Assembly (NCBI GenBank): GCA_018672055.1
Contig: JABHGM010000001.1
Location: forward strand, 72,884 to 136,883
Direction of reading: 5' to 3'
DNA length: 64,000 bases
From: a bacterium
GTDB taxonomy: Bacteria > Patescibacteriota > Patescibacteriia > UBA1558 > UBA10009
The position numbers and the translations under genes were made by a program. This document shows, piece after piece, positions 1-9,989 of this stretch (position 1 is the stretch's first letter; each line of letters opens with the position of its first letter). The notes under the pieces were generated by a model. It did no database searches, was not told where the DNA came from, and worked only from the letters and a program-made list of their open reading frames with translations.

Positions 1-1778
1 GCTAATTTACTATCAGATAATTTACTTAATATACTCTTTTTATTATATGTATTAATATATTTATTAAATGATTTAGAATAGCCTTTTAAGAGCTTAGCAT
101 ATTTAATAAATAGATCCGGTTCTTTTTTTAATCTATTTAACACCCCTTCACCCACTCTTCTATGATCCTGCTTATCCATAAACACCCAAAAATTATTATT
201 CTGAAAAAATAAGGTAATCTCTTTATATGCATAACCAACTACATCTTTCATCTCTTTACAGATACATTCCATTGACATGTAATTAGGGAATGGGCTCATT
301 CTTTGTCTTTGACTAAGTTGTAATTTTTCCTTACATGGTTTTTTAAGTTCTCTGGCTACAATAGCAGCATGTGAAGTTATTCCACCAATATCAGTGACAA
401 AAGCTGAAGCTTTTTTCATTGCAGGTAATAAATCAGGATTAGTTTGAACAGAAACTATGACATCACCATGCTTAACTTTACTCATATCTTTTGATGAATT
501 AACTATTTTAACAGTACCTATAGCCTTGCCAAGAAAAGCACTCATGCCATGTATTAATGTTTTATCTTCTTGAATCTTTAAATCCCCTACTTTATCTTTA
601 AGATATTTCTTAGCTTTATCCCCGACTAAAAATTCTATATCTTTTCCCTTAATTAGAGTAATACATAATTTTCTTCTCTTTTCTATTAATAGTTTATTTA
701 TTACTTTCTTATTATTTAATAATTTAATTATCTCTTCAGTTGAAGCAAATCTTAAATCTTTAACTGTTAGATTAACTCTTTTAGAAATCTCTTTCAATAA
801 TTCATCTAAAACATAGAATAAGAAAAGTAATGAATCAAATCTTACTGTTTTATTATAACTAAAATTACGAGCTGTTTTAAATAATAGTTTTTCTTCTGAA
901 TTTAAATGTAGTTCTTTATTAAACTTAGCATGTAGTTTCTTTAATATATTACTTTCTTTAATTAATGATTTATACTCTTGATTATACTTATTAGTCTCAA
1001 GATATATCTTAATATCTTCTAAATATTCATTAAAAGTCTTGGTTGGTCCAAGTTGACCAAATGATAACCATTTATAGTTATCATATATTTTATTTATCTC
1101 TTTAAATATTAATGGATATTCATTAATTAATTTATTTTCTAATTTAGAAATACGCTCCTTAATAAATAATTGTTTTAATTTTCTATTTAAACTTATCTTT
1201 TTAACTAACTTTAATATAGTAATTTTCTCTTTATGAACTAAACCTCTATGTGTAGGCGTAATTAAAGGAGTGAAATAATAATTAATTTGTTTATTAATAT
1301 TATATTGATTTATTTTATCTTTAACTATTTCTTTAAGAAGTGTTGTAAGTATGGCATGTCTAAGATCAGGTATTACAGCTATCATGCCTAAATCACTAAT
1401 ATCTTTACCTAGCTGATATAATTTATCTAAGTTAGTTGCTAATTGTTTATTAGATAATTTACTTAAATCTTTTTTTAATATTTCATTTCCTAATTCATAT
1501 ATCTTCTTTGCTAATCTATCTATATCTTTAAGTAATTTAACACCATAATTTGAATCAGTTTTAACATCTTCAATAATCTTATTAGCTAATACTTTAAATT
1601 GATCCATATCACCATACCAATCAATACGATGACCATAAAAAACAACAAAAGAATCTTTAAAATGCATTGGTTTTAAATACTTATGATTTTTTTTAGTTTG
1701 ATGGAAGCCTCTGTGATTTATTCCTAAAGTTAAAGGAGAAACCGAGACTTCTTGATGTAATAATTCTATTTTACTCAT
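1..1778 (-). CDS. PEP-utilizing mobile (phosphohistidine) domain protein, paralog 4, fused in frame to the N-terminus of a 5th paralog; runs off the window edge
   Basis: Not in the ORF track because it has no stop inside the window. Manual translation from ATG 1778 (ATGA overlap with 1775..3214) gives MSKIELLHQEVSVSPLTLGINHRGF...YKWLSFGQLGP...VTDIGGITSHAAIVARELKKPC, then KEKLQLSQRQRMSPFPNYMSMEC..., open to position 1. Confidence 0.85.
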   Translation of the reverse strand, partial: MSKIELLHQEVSVSPLTLGINHRGFHQTKKNHKYLKPMHFKDSFVVFYGHRIDWYGDMDQFKVLANKIIEDVKTDSNYGVKLLKDIDRLAKKIYELGNEILKKDLSKLSNKQLATNLDKLYQLGKDISDLGMIAVIPDLRHAILTTLLKEIVKDKINQYNINKQINYYFTPLITPTHRGLVHKEKITILKLVKKISLNRKLKQLFIKERISKLENKLINEYPLIFKEINKIYDNYKWLSFGQLGPTKTFNEYLEDIKIYLETNKYNQEYKSLIKESNILKKLHAKFNKELHLNSEEKLLFKTARNFSYNKTVRFDSLLFLFYVLDELLKEISKRVNLTVKDLRFASTEEIIKLLNNKKVINKLLIEKRRKLCITLIKGKDIEFLVGDKAKKYLKDKVGDLKIQEDKTLIHGMSAFLGKAIGTVKIVNSSKDMSKVKHGDVIVSVQTNPDLLPAMKKASAFVTDIGGITSHAAIVARELKKPCKEKLQLSQRQRMSPFPNYMSMECICKEMKDVVGYAYKEITLFFQNNNFWVFMDKQDHRRVGEGVLNRLKKEPDLFIKYAKLLKGYSKSFNKYINTYNKKSILSKLSDSKL

Positions 1779-3214
1779 ATTTTTTTAATTATACCATTAG
1801 TAGCATCAACTTCAACTTTATCACCGTCTTTTAAGACTTTAGTAGCTATTTTAGTGCCAATAACACAAGGTATCTTTAATTCCCTAGATACTATTGCAGC
1901 GTGAGAAGTAATACCGCCTATATCGGTTATAATAGCAGATGCCTTATTCATGGCTGGTAATAATTCTGGCATAGTTTGTAGGCTAACCATAATCTCACCC
2001 TTTTTTATCTTACGAATCTCACTTACATGATTAATTATTCTGGTACGTCCAATTACTTTACCTGGGTAACCAACTCTACCTGATATTTCTGATGATTCTA
2101 CAATATTGGTTTCATTAAAATCAAGATGATCCTTAATATATTTATCAGCATTAATACCTATTATTATCTCCGTATTAAATACATCTTTAGGAATCCAAAC
2201 TGAAAGCTTACGACGTTTCATTAAAATATTTTTAGAAGGCAATTTATTTTTTTGTAAATAATCCAAACATTCTTCCATTGATAGATACATTAAATATTTC
2301 CTGTCTATACCAGTTTCTAATTGAATCTTTTTGGTCAATTTATTTAAAAAAGCATTAACACCATTACAGACTTGCTCTCTCATGCCTTTTAAATAAACAA
2401 AAATGCGACTCACCTCAAACATTCGACGCTCTTTGGCTGTTAAGCCTAATTTCTTTTCAATAGTTATCTGTTTCTTTGATATATTTTTAATACTTTTTAA
2501 GCGTATCTTACTATCTATTATTTTACTAACCTCTGTTCTAGACATGGCTGGTCCTAGATGACCAAAATTCAACCAGAACCATCTAGATAATACTCTATCA
2601 ATAAATTCCTTCCTTTTACTAGAATCTTTTTTTAATTTATACTGAATACTCTTTAATTCTATTTGTCGTTCATCAGATGGTAAATATTTAGTTGATGTAG
2701 TTAAGATATTAAAAATATGTCCAATGTCTAATCTAGTCTTTTTTAATCCAGGAGCTTCTTTAATAATATTTTCTAAAGTAGAAGTAAAAATACCATGTAC
2801 AGTGTCAGCAATTTGACCTAATTGAGAATATACACTTAGTAAAAAAGCGTTATATGATATAACTTTTAAATCTTCTGCTAATTTGTTGTTAGGGATTTCA
2901 TTAAAATCTGTTAGACCATATTCTTGAATAATCTTTATGGTTTGATTTTTAAGCTTATCAGACCTTACTACTAATCTGTTAAAAAACCCAGTTCCTCGTC
3001 CAGCTTTGTTAATTATTACCCAAGCTACTTTAGCCCAATAATTCAAATCCCAAAATATTTCTACTCCCTCATTTTTATATATACTAGCAAAAAAAATTGG
3101 CTTCATCTTTAATAACCTACCCATCTCTTGACTCGGATAACCATAATTTATTGATTGAGTAAGTGGAGTTACGCCAATTTCTGTATGTCCTCTTTTATAT
3201 ATTTTATTTCTCAT
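1775..3214 (-). CDS. PEP-utilizing mobile-domain protein, paralog 3 (helical N-domain + His swivel, no ATP-grasp)
   Basis: C-terminal TDIGGITSHAAIVSRELKIPCVIGTK...VEVDA motif; about 370-aa N-domain with W-x-x-F-G-H-L-G-P. Confidence 0.9.
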   Translation of the reverse strand: MRNKIYKRGHTEIGVTPLTQSINYGYPSQEMGRLLKMKPIFFASIYKNEGVEIFWDLNYWAKVAWVIINKAGRGTGFFNRLVVRSDKLKNQTIKIIQEYGLTDFNEIPNNKLAEDLKVISYNAFLLSVYSQLGQIADTVHGIFTSTLENIIKEAPGLKKTRLDIGHIFNILTTSTKYLPSDERQIELKSIQYKLKKDSSKRKEFIDRVLSRWFWLNFGHLGPAMSRTEVSKIIDSKIRLKSIKNISKKQITIEKKLGLTAKERRMFEVSRIFVYLKGMREQVCNGVNAFLNKLTKKIQLETGIDRKYLMYLSMEECLDYLQKNKLPSKNILMKRRKLSVWIPKDVFNTEIIIGINADKYIKDHLDFNETNIVESSEISGRVGYPGKVIGRTRIINHVSEIRKIKKGEIMVSLQTMPELLPAMNKASAIITDIGGITSHAAIVSRELKIPCVIGTKIATKVLKDGDKVEVDATNGIIKKI

Positions 3215-4752
3215 ATCTTTTTAATCATTCCCTTTGCAGCATCTACCTCAACTTTATCACCATCTTTTAAAATCTTATTACATCCAAGTATTCCAACTAC
3301 ACATGGCACTTTTAATTCACGAGCTACTATAGAAGTATGGCAGGTTAAACCACCTGCACCACTAACTAAAGCTGATGCTTTTTTCATTGCTGGAACTAAA
3401 CTAGGATTAGTATTATGTGAAACCATAATATCTCCTTCTTTCATTTTAGGCATATCTTTAGGCACACTAATTACTTTGATAGTACCTTTTACTTTGCCCG
3501 GGTATGCACAAGTACCTTTTAATTCATTTGATACTTTTTTCTTAACTTGGAACTTTAAGTTTTTTAAAAACTTTTTAGCTTCACTACCTATTAATACTTT
3601 ATTATTTACTTTGTCATCCTGTACATACCAATAATCCAAAGCTAGTTTTAATCTATCATTTAACATGTCTGCTTTTACCTGTCCCGACTTTACCATCTCT
3701 AATATTTCCCAATATCTCATAGCTCTTACTTGATCTATGGTCAAATTAAAACGTTTGCCTAATTCTTTAAAAATCAATTCATAGTAATACATTGTAGTGT
3801 ATAAGACACTCTTCCTATAATCCTTAACATACATCATTTCTTGAGCTATTTTAATATATTTCTTTTCAAGAGAAGTTAGCTTAATTCTTTTTATTAACCC
3901 AAGTTGTTCTAATTTTTCTCTTTTTCTTTTAGCTTCTAGTTTCTTAAGTAAAACTCTGGCATCTAAGCCTTCTCTCATAAAAGCTTGTAATCTACCAATA
4001 TAATCTGATATAGGATAAGCTGGTCCCCTATATTGATATGTCATTGGAGAAAATATATTAAAATGTTTAATTATTAATTCAGACACTTCTTTATCTATAC
4101 TTGATAAACCATCAACTAATTCATCTAAATCAGATTGTATGAATGTTTCTTTAAGTTTAGTTTTGTTATCTAAAACTAAAGCAATATTTAAAAAACTTTC
4201 TTCTTCTCTTTCCATTACACTAACTTTTGTAGGAGTGCTTAATACTGTAAATACATCAATTAAACTCTTTTTTACTTTAGACCTCTTCCGAGCTCCATCT
4301 ACAATCTTTTTTATAGCTTTAGTGACTCTTTCCTTCTCAGCGTCTGCATGCCATGTTATTGAGGGACTCAAACTATGTTGTTTATAATGTATTTTAAATA
4401 AATTATTAAGCTTTCTATATATATCTTTATTAGACATTTTACTAAAATTCCATGTTTCTATTCTCTTAACTTCTTTTAATAGCTGGTCTGACCAAATAAT
4501 AATATTATTTAAAAAATCCAAAGTCCAATCAGGTTCATTAATTACTTTATTTGCTAAAAATTCAGCTTGCTGATCAAACTCGTCGGCAATGTATACCATC
4601 TGACTAAAATCACCTTGATGATATGTAAAATACTCAGATAACTTATCTCCTAAACCATGTTTAGGCCAATCGAAAAAACCTTTACAAGGATAACCCGTCA
4701 TAAATATTGTATTCTGTGGTATTTCTTCAACTATTTTCCAAGTTTTTTTCAT
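3211..4752 (-). CDS. PEP-utilizing mobile-domain protein, paralog 2
   Basis: GGLTCHTSIVARELKVPCVVG motif; ATGA overlaps on both sides. Confidence 0.9.
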   Translation of the reverse strand: MKKTWKIVEEIPQNTIFMTGYPCKGFFDWPKHGLGDKLSEYFTYHQGDFSQMVYIADEFDQQAEFLANKVINEPDWTLDFLNNIIIWSDQLLKEVKRIETWNFSKMSNKDIYRKLNNLFKIHYKQHSLSPSITWHADAEKERVTKAIKKIVDGARKRSKVKKSLIDVFTVLSTPTKVSVMEREEESFLNIALVLDNKTKLKETFIQSDLDELVDGLSSIDKEVSELIIKHFNIFSPMTYQYRGPAYPISDYIGRLQAFMREGLDARVLLKKLEAKRKREKLEQLGLIKRIKLTSLEKKYIKIAQEMMYVKDYRKSVLYTTMYYYELIFKELGKRFNLTIDQVRAMRYWEILEMVKSGQVKADMLNDRLKLALDYWYVQDDKVNNKVLIGSEAKKFLKNLKFQVKKKVSNELKGTCAYPGKVKGTIKVISVPKDMPKMKEGDIMVSHNTNPSLVPAMKKASALVSGAGGLTCHTSIVARELKVPCVVGILGCNKILKDGDKVEVDAAKGMIKKI

Positions 4753-6251
4753 AATTTTTTAATTATCCCCTTAGTTGCATCTACTTCAACTTCATCACCA
4801 TCTTTTAATATTTTAGTTCCTATTTTAGTACCAACAACACAAGGTATTTTAAATTCTCTTGATACTATAGATGCATGACAGGTTAAACCACCTTCATCAG
4901 CTACAATAGCTCTAGCTTTGCGAATAGCAGGTACTATTGAAGGAGTTGTAGCAGTTGATACTATAATGTCCCCATCTTTCATTTTTATCATATCATCAGG
5001 TAAATCTATACGTTTAACTGTTCCTTTTACAATTCCAGGAAAAGCTGACTGACCAGTTATTATATTAGAGTTTTCTAAAATAATTTCTTCTTCTTTGATA
5101 TGCTCTTTTTCAAATTTATCCACCTCTTCCCCTTGATATATTTTTACTTCATTACCGATTGGTATAATTATATGTTTTTTATATCTTTCATTTATTAAAT
5201 CAATGTTTATCTCTTTACCATTTAAACCATCTTCAATTTCTTCTAATAAAGCAGAGCGCACTTGTGATAAGGACCAATTTAAACGTTTAGCTACTTCTTT
5301 TTGCAAAAATTCTAAATGATAATATGATTTAGATTGATAATCCTTTCGTCTTGGTTTTAAATAGACTGCTCTACTTACTATCTCAACATATTTTCTTTCT
5401 TCTTTATTCAAATTCAATTTTTTAAAATATTCTTCCCTCTTTTTAAAGACTTCTTTTCTTTCTTGCTCAAGTTGATTCAATTTATTTTGAGGATCAATAT
5501 CTTTCTTCTTATAATATTTCATGGTTTCAATAAAATCTCCTTCAGTAAAAGCAGGACCTGAATAAACATAAAAAACCCAAGTATATTTTAAAGTGTGCTC
5601 CTTAAGTAATTTGTATACTTCTGGATAATAATTTTCTAATTTTTCTAATATAGTGCTAGCATCTTCAGTTAAAAGTTCTTTATCAGGTAATTTACTATAT
5701 ACATTTAATATTGATTTTTCTTGCTCAAGTGCAAAGGAATCTTCAATGGGCTGAGTAAATACAAAATATGCTTTTTCCAATTCTTCTTTATCTAATTTAT
5801 TAGATAGTATTTCTTTCAATTTATCTTCTATAAAATGCAAATGACGAAAATCAAGTACTGGTACTAAAACTCCATAAGCATATTCTTTAATGTTATATTT
5901 AGTATGTAATTTATAGCTCTTAATTACTTTATTTGTTGAATACTTGGATAAATCATCAGTTAAAAACTGACTTGTAAACAAATTCATCTTTTCGCCATTA
6001 TTTACTGTTTCATCTAATATATTTTCTAAGACTGAAATATCTTTTTCAATTTGTTTTAATAAATTATTATGTGCATCCTCCCACGTACTAATTTTAGCAA
6101 TATAATCAATTTTTTTAGGATAACCTTTTATACCCATATATATCTGGGGTGTATCAGTTATCTTAGATTGATTTATTAAGCTTTTTGTCCAAATATAATT
6201 CCTCCAAAAAAATGAATTATAGTCTATAGCAATTTTTTCCCATTCCTTCAT
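4749..6251 (-). CDS. PEP-utilizing mobile-domain protein, paralog 1
   Basis: DEGGLTCHASIVSREFKIPCVVGTK motif; ATGA overlap with the upstream methyltransferase. Confidence 0.9.
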   Translation of the reverse strand: MKEWEKIAIDYNSFFWRNYIWTKSLINQSKITDTPQIYMGIKGYPKKIDYIAKISTWEDAHNNLLKQIEKDISVLENILDETVNNGEKMNLFTSQFLTDDLSKYSTNKVIKSYKLHTKYNIKEYAYGVLVPVLDFRHLHFIEDKLKEILSNKLDKEELEKAYFVFTQPIEDSFALEQEKSILNVYSKLPDKELLTEDASTILEKLENYYPEVYKLLKEHTLKYTWVFYVYSGPAFTEGDFIETMKYYKKKDIDPQNKLNQLEQERKEVFKKREEYFKKLNLNKEERKYVEIVSRAVYLKPRRKDYQSKSYYHLEFLQKEVAKRLNWSLSQVRSALLEEIEDGLNGKEINIDLINERYKKHIIIPIGNEVKIYQGEEVDKFEKEHIKEEEIILENSNIITGQSAFPGIVKGTVKRIDLPDDMIKMKDGDIIVSTATTPSIVPAIRKARAIVADEGGLTCHASIVSREFKIPCVVGTKIGTKILKDGDEVEVDATKGIIKKL

Positions 6252-7417
6252 ATTTTCTCAAATTTAAATATTTCTCTCTTTACTCTTTGCGTTTCTCTAG
6301 AATAAATTAAAGAACCGCGTTCAGTATCACTTGAACTAATTCTTTTAAAGCCTAAATTCTCAATATCCTCTAAAATATTACTCTCTTTGTTATCTATAAT
6401 AGGTAATATAAATATTACTATACCATTTTCTTTTAAGACTTTATGAAATTCTTTAAATGAATCTAAGTATAAATTAGATAATTCGGAAGTAACATTTTTA
6501 GTTGTCCTATGAGGTGGTCCTAAATATGGTTCCGTTATAATTGAATCAATTGAGTTATCATTAAATGATTTAGTTAAAGATTTAACATCTTGTTTCTTAA
6601 TTTCAACATTTGAAATATCTAAATCCAACTTAGTTTCTAACCAAGATATATTATTCTCTGTATCACGTACTGCCCTATCTGAAATATCTGAACCTTTAAT
6701 ATTATTAAAACCTAAAAGTAAAGCTTCTTGAATAATAGTACCGCTACCACAAAAAGGATCTAGAATAATTTTATCCAGTGAAGTGCCACTTAAATTAATC
6801 ATCATCTTAGCAAGCTTGGGTGGTAACATACCAGATTTATCATCACGTGAAGGTCTGCCATAATCACGATCTGAATATCCTGAAAAATCTTGAACTGTAA
6901 TACTATATCCTAAATAATAATTATCATTATCATTTATTATCACAACATCCAAACCTGAATCAATTAATTTTTCTTTTTTAACAATTACTGAAGACAGCTT
7001 AGTATCTTTGGAAGTTATGAATCTTACTTTAGCTCCATTATCTTTTAATTGACGTTTAATATTTAAACCTATTTTTTTAAAATCATTATTCCTTGATATA
7101 TCATATAGGCTAAAGCCAAAACGAAATTTTTCATCACCACACTTTTCTTCAGCTAATTTAAAAATTTCAGACTCTATACTAGGTTTAGAAACTGAATGAA
7201 TAATCTTAGCTATTTTAATAGTTCCACCTAATCTATCTTGTAATGTATTTACTTTAATCTCATTTAAAACATCTATTAAAAAAACAGAGCTAGTTGAATA
7301 TATCTCCTCATATTCAACACTAAATAGCTCTAAAACAGACTTTATCTCAGCTTTTGATAGATTAGGGTTATTACCTAAGAAAAAAGCATATTTACCCTTA
7401 TTTTGATTAATTGACAT
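6248..7417 (-). CDS. SAM-dependent RNA amino-methyltransferase (Trm11/UPF0020-like)
   Basis: GMLPPKLAKMMINL, ILDPFCGSGT and ITEPYLG (DPPY-like) motifs. Confidence 0.8.
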   Translation of the reverse strand: MSINQNKGKYAFFLGNNPNLSKAEIKSVLELFSVEYEEIYSTSSVFLIDVLNEIKVNTLQDRLGGTIKIAKIIHSVSKPSIESEIFKLAEEKCGDEKFRFGFSLYDISRNNDFKKIGLNIKRQLKDNGAKVRFITSKDTKLSSVIVKKEKLIDSGLDVVIINDNDNYYLGYSITVQDFSGYSDRDYGRPSRDDKSGMLPPKLAKMMINLSGTSLDKIILDPFCGSGTIIQEALLLGFNNIKGSDISDRAVRDTENNISWLETKLDLDISNVEIKKQDVKSLTKSFNDNSIDSIITEPYLGPPHRTTKNVTSELSNLYLDSFKEFHKVLKENGIVIFILPIIDNKESNILEDIENLGFKRISSSDTERGSLIYSRETQRVKREIFKFEKI

Positions 7418-7458
7418 GCTATCTATGAGTTAGCTATAAGAAAAAAGAAATAGTTTAA

Positions 7459-8580
7459 TTACATAAACAGCTCAGATAAATAATGATCTGCTTGAACTAT
7501 TTTAATCTCACCTAAATCTTTTTCTCTTTTTAGAGTTTTCACTACTTGAACGGCTTTCAAATTATACTTATTAGAAAAATATCTTAAATTACTACTCAAC
7601 TTACTATCAGAAACTTTTGCTTCAATTATCTCTTCAATATTATTTTGCGAATCGACCAAGCTAAAATCCACTTCTTTACCATTTTTAGTTCTTAAATATT
7701 TCAATTGGTTATTCTCGCCCAAATAATCATTCCTAGATAGAACGTGTTTTAATAAAGAGATAGCTACAAAATTTTCAAACTTCTTTCCTTCATCACCCTC
7801 AACAAGTCCATTATCATAAAAATATATCTTAGGCTCTTTAAGAATCGATCTAGCGATATTTTTAGAATAAGGAGCTACTCTAAATACTATAAATAAAGCT
7901 TCAAGTATTTCTATGTATTTCTTTACAGTTATGGGTGAAAGTTCAACATCACGGGCAATTGAGTTAAAAGAAACTGGCGAACCCACTCTTCGTCTAAGTA
8001 ATTCAAAAATAGTCTGCATTACACGAATATCATGTATCTGTTCAAAGTCTAAAACATCATTTCTAATTAAACCATCAATATATTGTTTTTGCCATCTATT
8101 AACTTCAACAATATCATTTGATAAAAAAGGCTCAGGAAAACCACCTCTTTCAACAAGGCGATCAAGGACAGCCATTTTATTTCCTGATAATTCAGCCATT
8201 GAAAAAGGCATTAATCTATGAACATAAAATCTGCCAGCTAATGAATCGCCTGCCTGTCTAAATGTTTCTAATCTAGCACTACCAGTAACTAAAATTTTCA
8301 AATTTTTATCTTTAGTATCATAAACACCTTTAATATAATTTTTCCATTTAGTCATTTTATGCAATTCATCTAGAATTAGTAAATCAGTATCTTTTAACCA
8401 TTGTTCATTTTTAATAATCTCTCGATCTTCAAATCTATCATAATTAAGATAAACTACCTTTTTATACTCTTTGCCTATTTCTTTAGCTAACCATGTTTTA
8501 CCAACTTGCCTTGGACCAACAATAAAAACAACCTTTTTATTAAGATCTTTCATTATTTGTTTTATCTGTTTTCTATACAT
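7459..8580 (-). CDS. AAA_14 ATPase with DUF4143 C-terminal domain
   Basis: GPRQVGKT Walker A, LILDE Walker B, TGS, GGFPE, KIYFYDNG, EVDF..IEAK. Confidence 0.9.
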   Translation of the reverse strand: MYRKQIKQIMKDLNKKVVFIVGPRQVGKTWLAKEIGKEYKKVVYLNYDRFEDREIIKNEQWLKDTDLLILDELHKMTKWKNYIKGVYDTKDKNLKILVTGSARLETFRQAGDSLAGRFYVHRLMPFSMAELSGNKMAVLDRLVERGGFPEPFLSNDIVEVNRWQKQYIDGLIRNDVLDFEQIHDIRVMQTIFELLRRRVGSPVSFNSIARDVELSPITVKKYIEILEALFIVFRVAPYSKNIARSILKEPKIYFYDNGLVEGDEGKKFENFVAISLLKHVLSRNDYLGENNQLKYLRTKNGKEVDFSLVDSQNNIEEIIEAKVSDSKLSSNLRYFSNKYNLKAVQVVKTLKREKDLGEIKIVQADHYLSELFM

Positions 8581-8584
8581 ATAG

Positions 8585-8648
8585 TACTATTATACATTAA
8601 AATATAAAATAGTCAAGACTATTATATATTACACTATAAAATAGTCTA
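8585..8648 (-). promoter_or_regulatory. Tandemly duplicated sigma70-like promoter, near-leaderless
   Basis: Minus strand reads TAGACTattttatagtgtaataTATAATagt followed by TTGACTattttatattttaatgTATAATagtactat-ATG. Confidence 0.6.
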
Positions 8649-8652
8649 AATA

Positions 8653-9390
8653 TTACTTCAATCTCTCTATTTCATCATTTAAAAACATTAAAGTTTCTTT
8701 TTTTATAACTAAGCGTAATTTTTTAAACTTATCATATTGTATTAAATGATTTATATCTTGATCAATAATTGTCTGAGTTATTTCTTTTTTAATAAATACT
8801 ACTAATTCTATTAAAAAATCAATTACTTTCTTCTGCCTTCTTTCCTTAATTACCTCGCTATTATAATCAAAACCATTAAAAAAGAAATGATGGATATCAT
8901 AAAGATCTCTGCCTGCTATCGATTTATTTTTTTCATATCTTTCTATTAAAGCTACTAACTTGTTAGCAAACATAGTTTCAATAGTTTGAGTTGTAATAAT
9001 ACGATCAATTTCTTTAAACCGTATAGTTTCATATTTATTACTCTTAGGAGCAGGGTAAGTAATATCAATTTTTAAAGTATTTCTTGCCCCTATCTTAGAC
9101 GGGTATCTTAAAAAATATTGAGGCACACTTAAACTCTTGTCCTTAATCTCTAAGCCAAGTTTTTTAAATATCTTTTCTAATTTTTTACTAGTTTCTTTTA
9201 TCTCAGTTTTTTTTCCAAGATAATCAAAGTCAAGATCAATCGAAAAACGATCTAAAAAACCACGCATAGCAGCTGAAGTACCCCCTTTAAAACATAATAC
9301 ACTAGCTAAATAAGGATCATTATAGATAGTGCTTAATAATCTATATAGCCAAGCTTTATGCTTAGCATCCTGTTTTTTTGGTAATATCAT
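8653..9390 (-). CDS. AbiEii-family nucleotidyltransferase toxin (type IV TA)
   Basis: FKGGT...RFSIDLDF, K(L)VAL..R and RDLYD motifs. Confidence 0.9.
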   Translation of the reverse strand: MILPKKQDAKHKAWLYRLLSTIYNDPYLASVLCFKGGTSAAMRGFLDRFSIDLDFDYLGKKTEIKETSKKLEKIFKKLGLEIKDKSLSVPQYFLRYPSKIGARNTLKIDITYPAPKSNKYETIRFKEIDRIITTQTIETMFANKLVALIERYEKNKSIAGRDLYDIHHFFFNGFDYNSEVIKERRQKKVIDFLIELVVFIKKEITQTIIDQDINHLIQYDKFKKLRLVIKKETLMFLNDEIERLK

Positions 9391-9393
9391 ATT

Positions 9394-9954
9394 TTATTTA
9401 TAACCTATTATTTTTTGTAATTTTTTAACTTTATTCCAATTAATTAACCTATCAGCATCAAAATGATACTTTGGATTAAAATATAATAAATCAGCCACAG
9501 CTCTCTCTAAAGTAGCTAGCCTAATTCCATCTTTTTCAATAATACCTGCATCATTATATAGATAATCATCTTTAAGCTGTCTAACAATGTAATTATTATC
9601 TACAATAGTAAATCTTTTTGATGATGAAGAAATTAAAGTAATATAATCTGTCTTTTGGTTAATAATGCCTAAATCAAATAAAATTGACTCTGCACTAACA
9701 TATGAATATTTGTGTAAAGCCTTAATACCTAATAAGTAAGGGTTAACTTGAGAAATAGGTTTAATAGAATAAAAACCTCTATGGACTCTAAATAATAACC
9801 CTTTTTGGGTATAACGCTTTAAAGTAGTATATAACGTGTTTAAGTTAGTAATTCCCCATAGATTAGCTAAATCATTGAAATAAAAAACTACCTCATTCAA
9901 ACTAACTAACTGAGAAAATCTCTTAAGGGCTGTGTTATATTTTACTGTACTCAT
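9394..9954 (-). CDS. AbiEi-family antitoxin/transcriptional regulator
   Basis: N-terminal wHTH (RVHRGFY), YVSAES.L...G and ATLERAVADLLY; lies directly upstream of AbiEii. Confidence 0.85.
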   Translation of the reverse strand: MSTVKYNTALKRFSQLVSLNEVVFYFNDLANLWGITNLNTLYTTLKRYTQKGLLFRVHRGFYSIKPISQVNPYLLGIKALHKYSYVSAESILFDLGIINQKTDYITLISSSSKRFTIVDNNYIVRQLKDDYLYNDAGIIEKDGIRLATLERAVADLLYFNPKYHFDADRLINWNKVKKLQKIIGYK

Positions 9955-9989
9955 ATGTACAGTATATCATAACATAAATTTTATGTCAA
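9943..9989 (-). promoter_or_regulatory. Leaderless promoter with inverted-repeat operator for the AbiE operon
   Basis: TTGACA-17-TATACT then 6 nt to ATG; inverted repeat TACTGTAC-N6-GTACAGTA (9943-9964) overlaps the -10 and the start codon. Confidence 0.7.

Noticed and set aside
1-6251. Annotating the array genes as ppsA/PEP synthase or rifampin phosphotransferase
   Set aside because: They are too short and lack the ATP-grasp domain and the PEP-binding TIM barrel.
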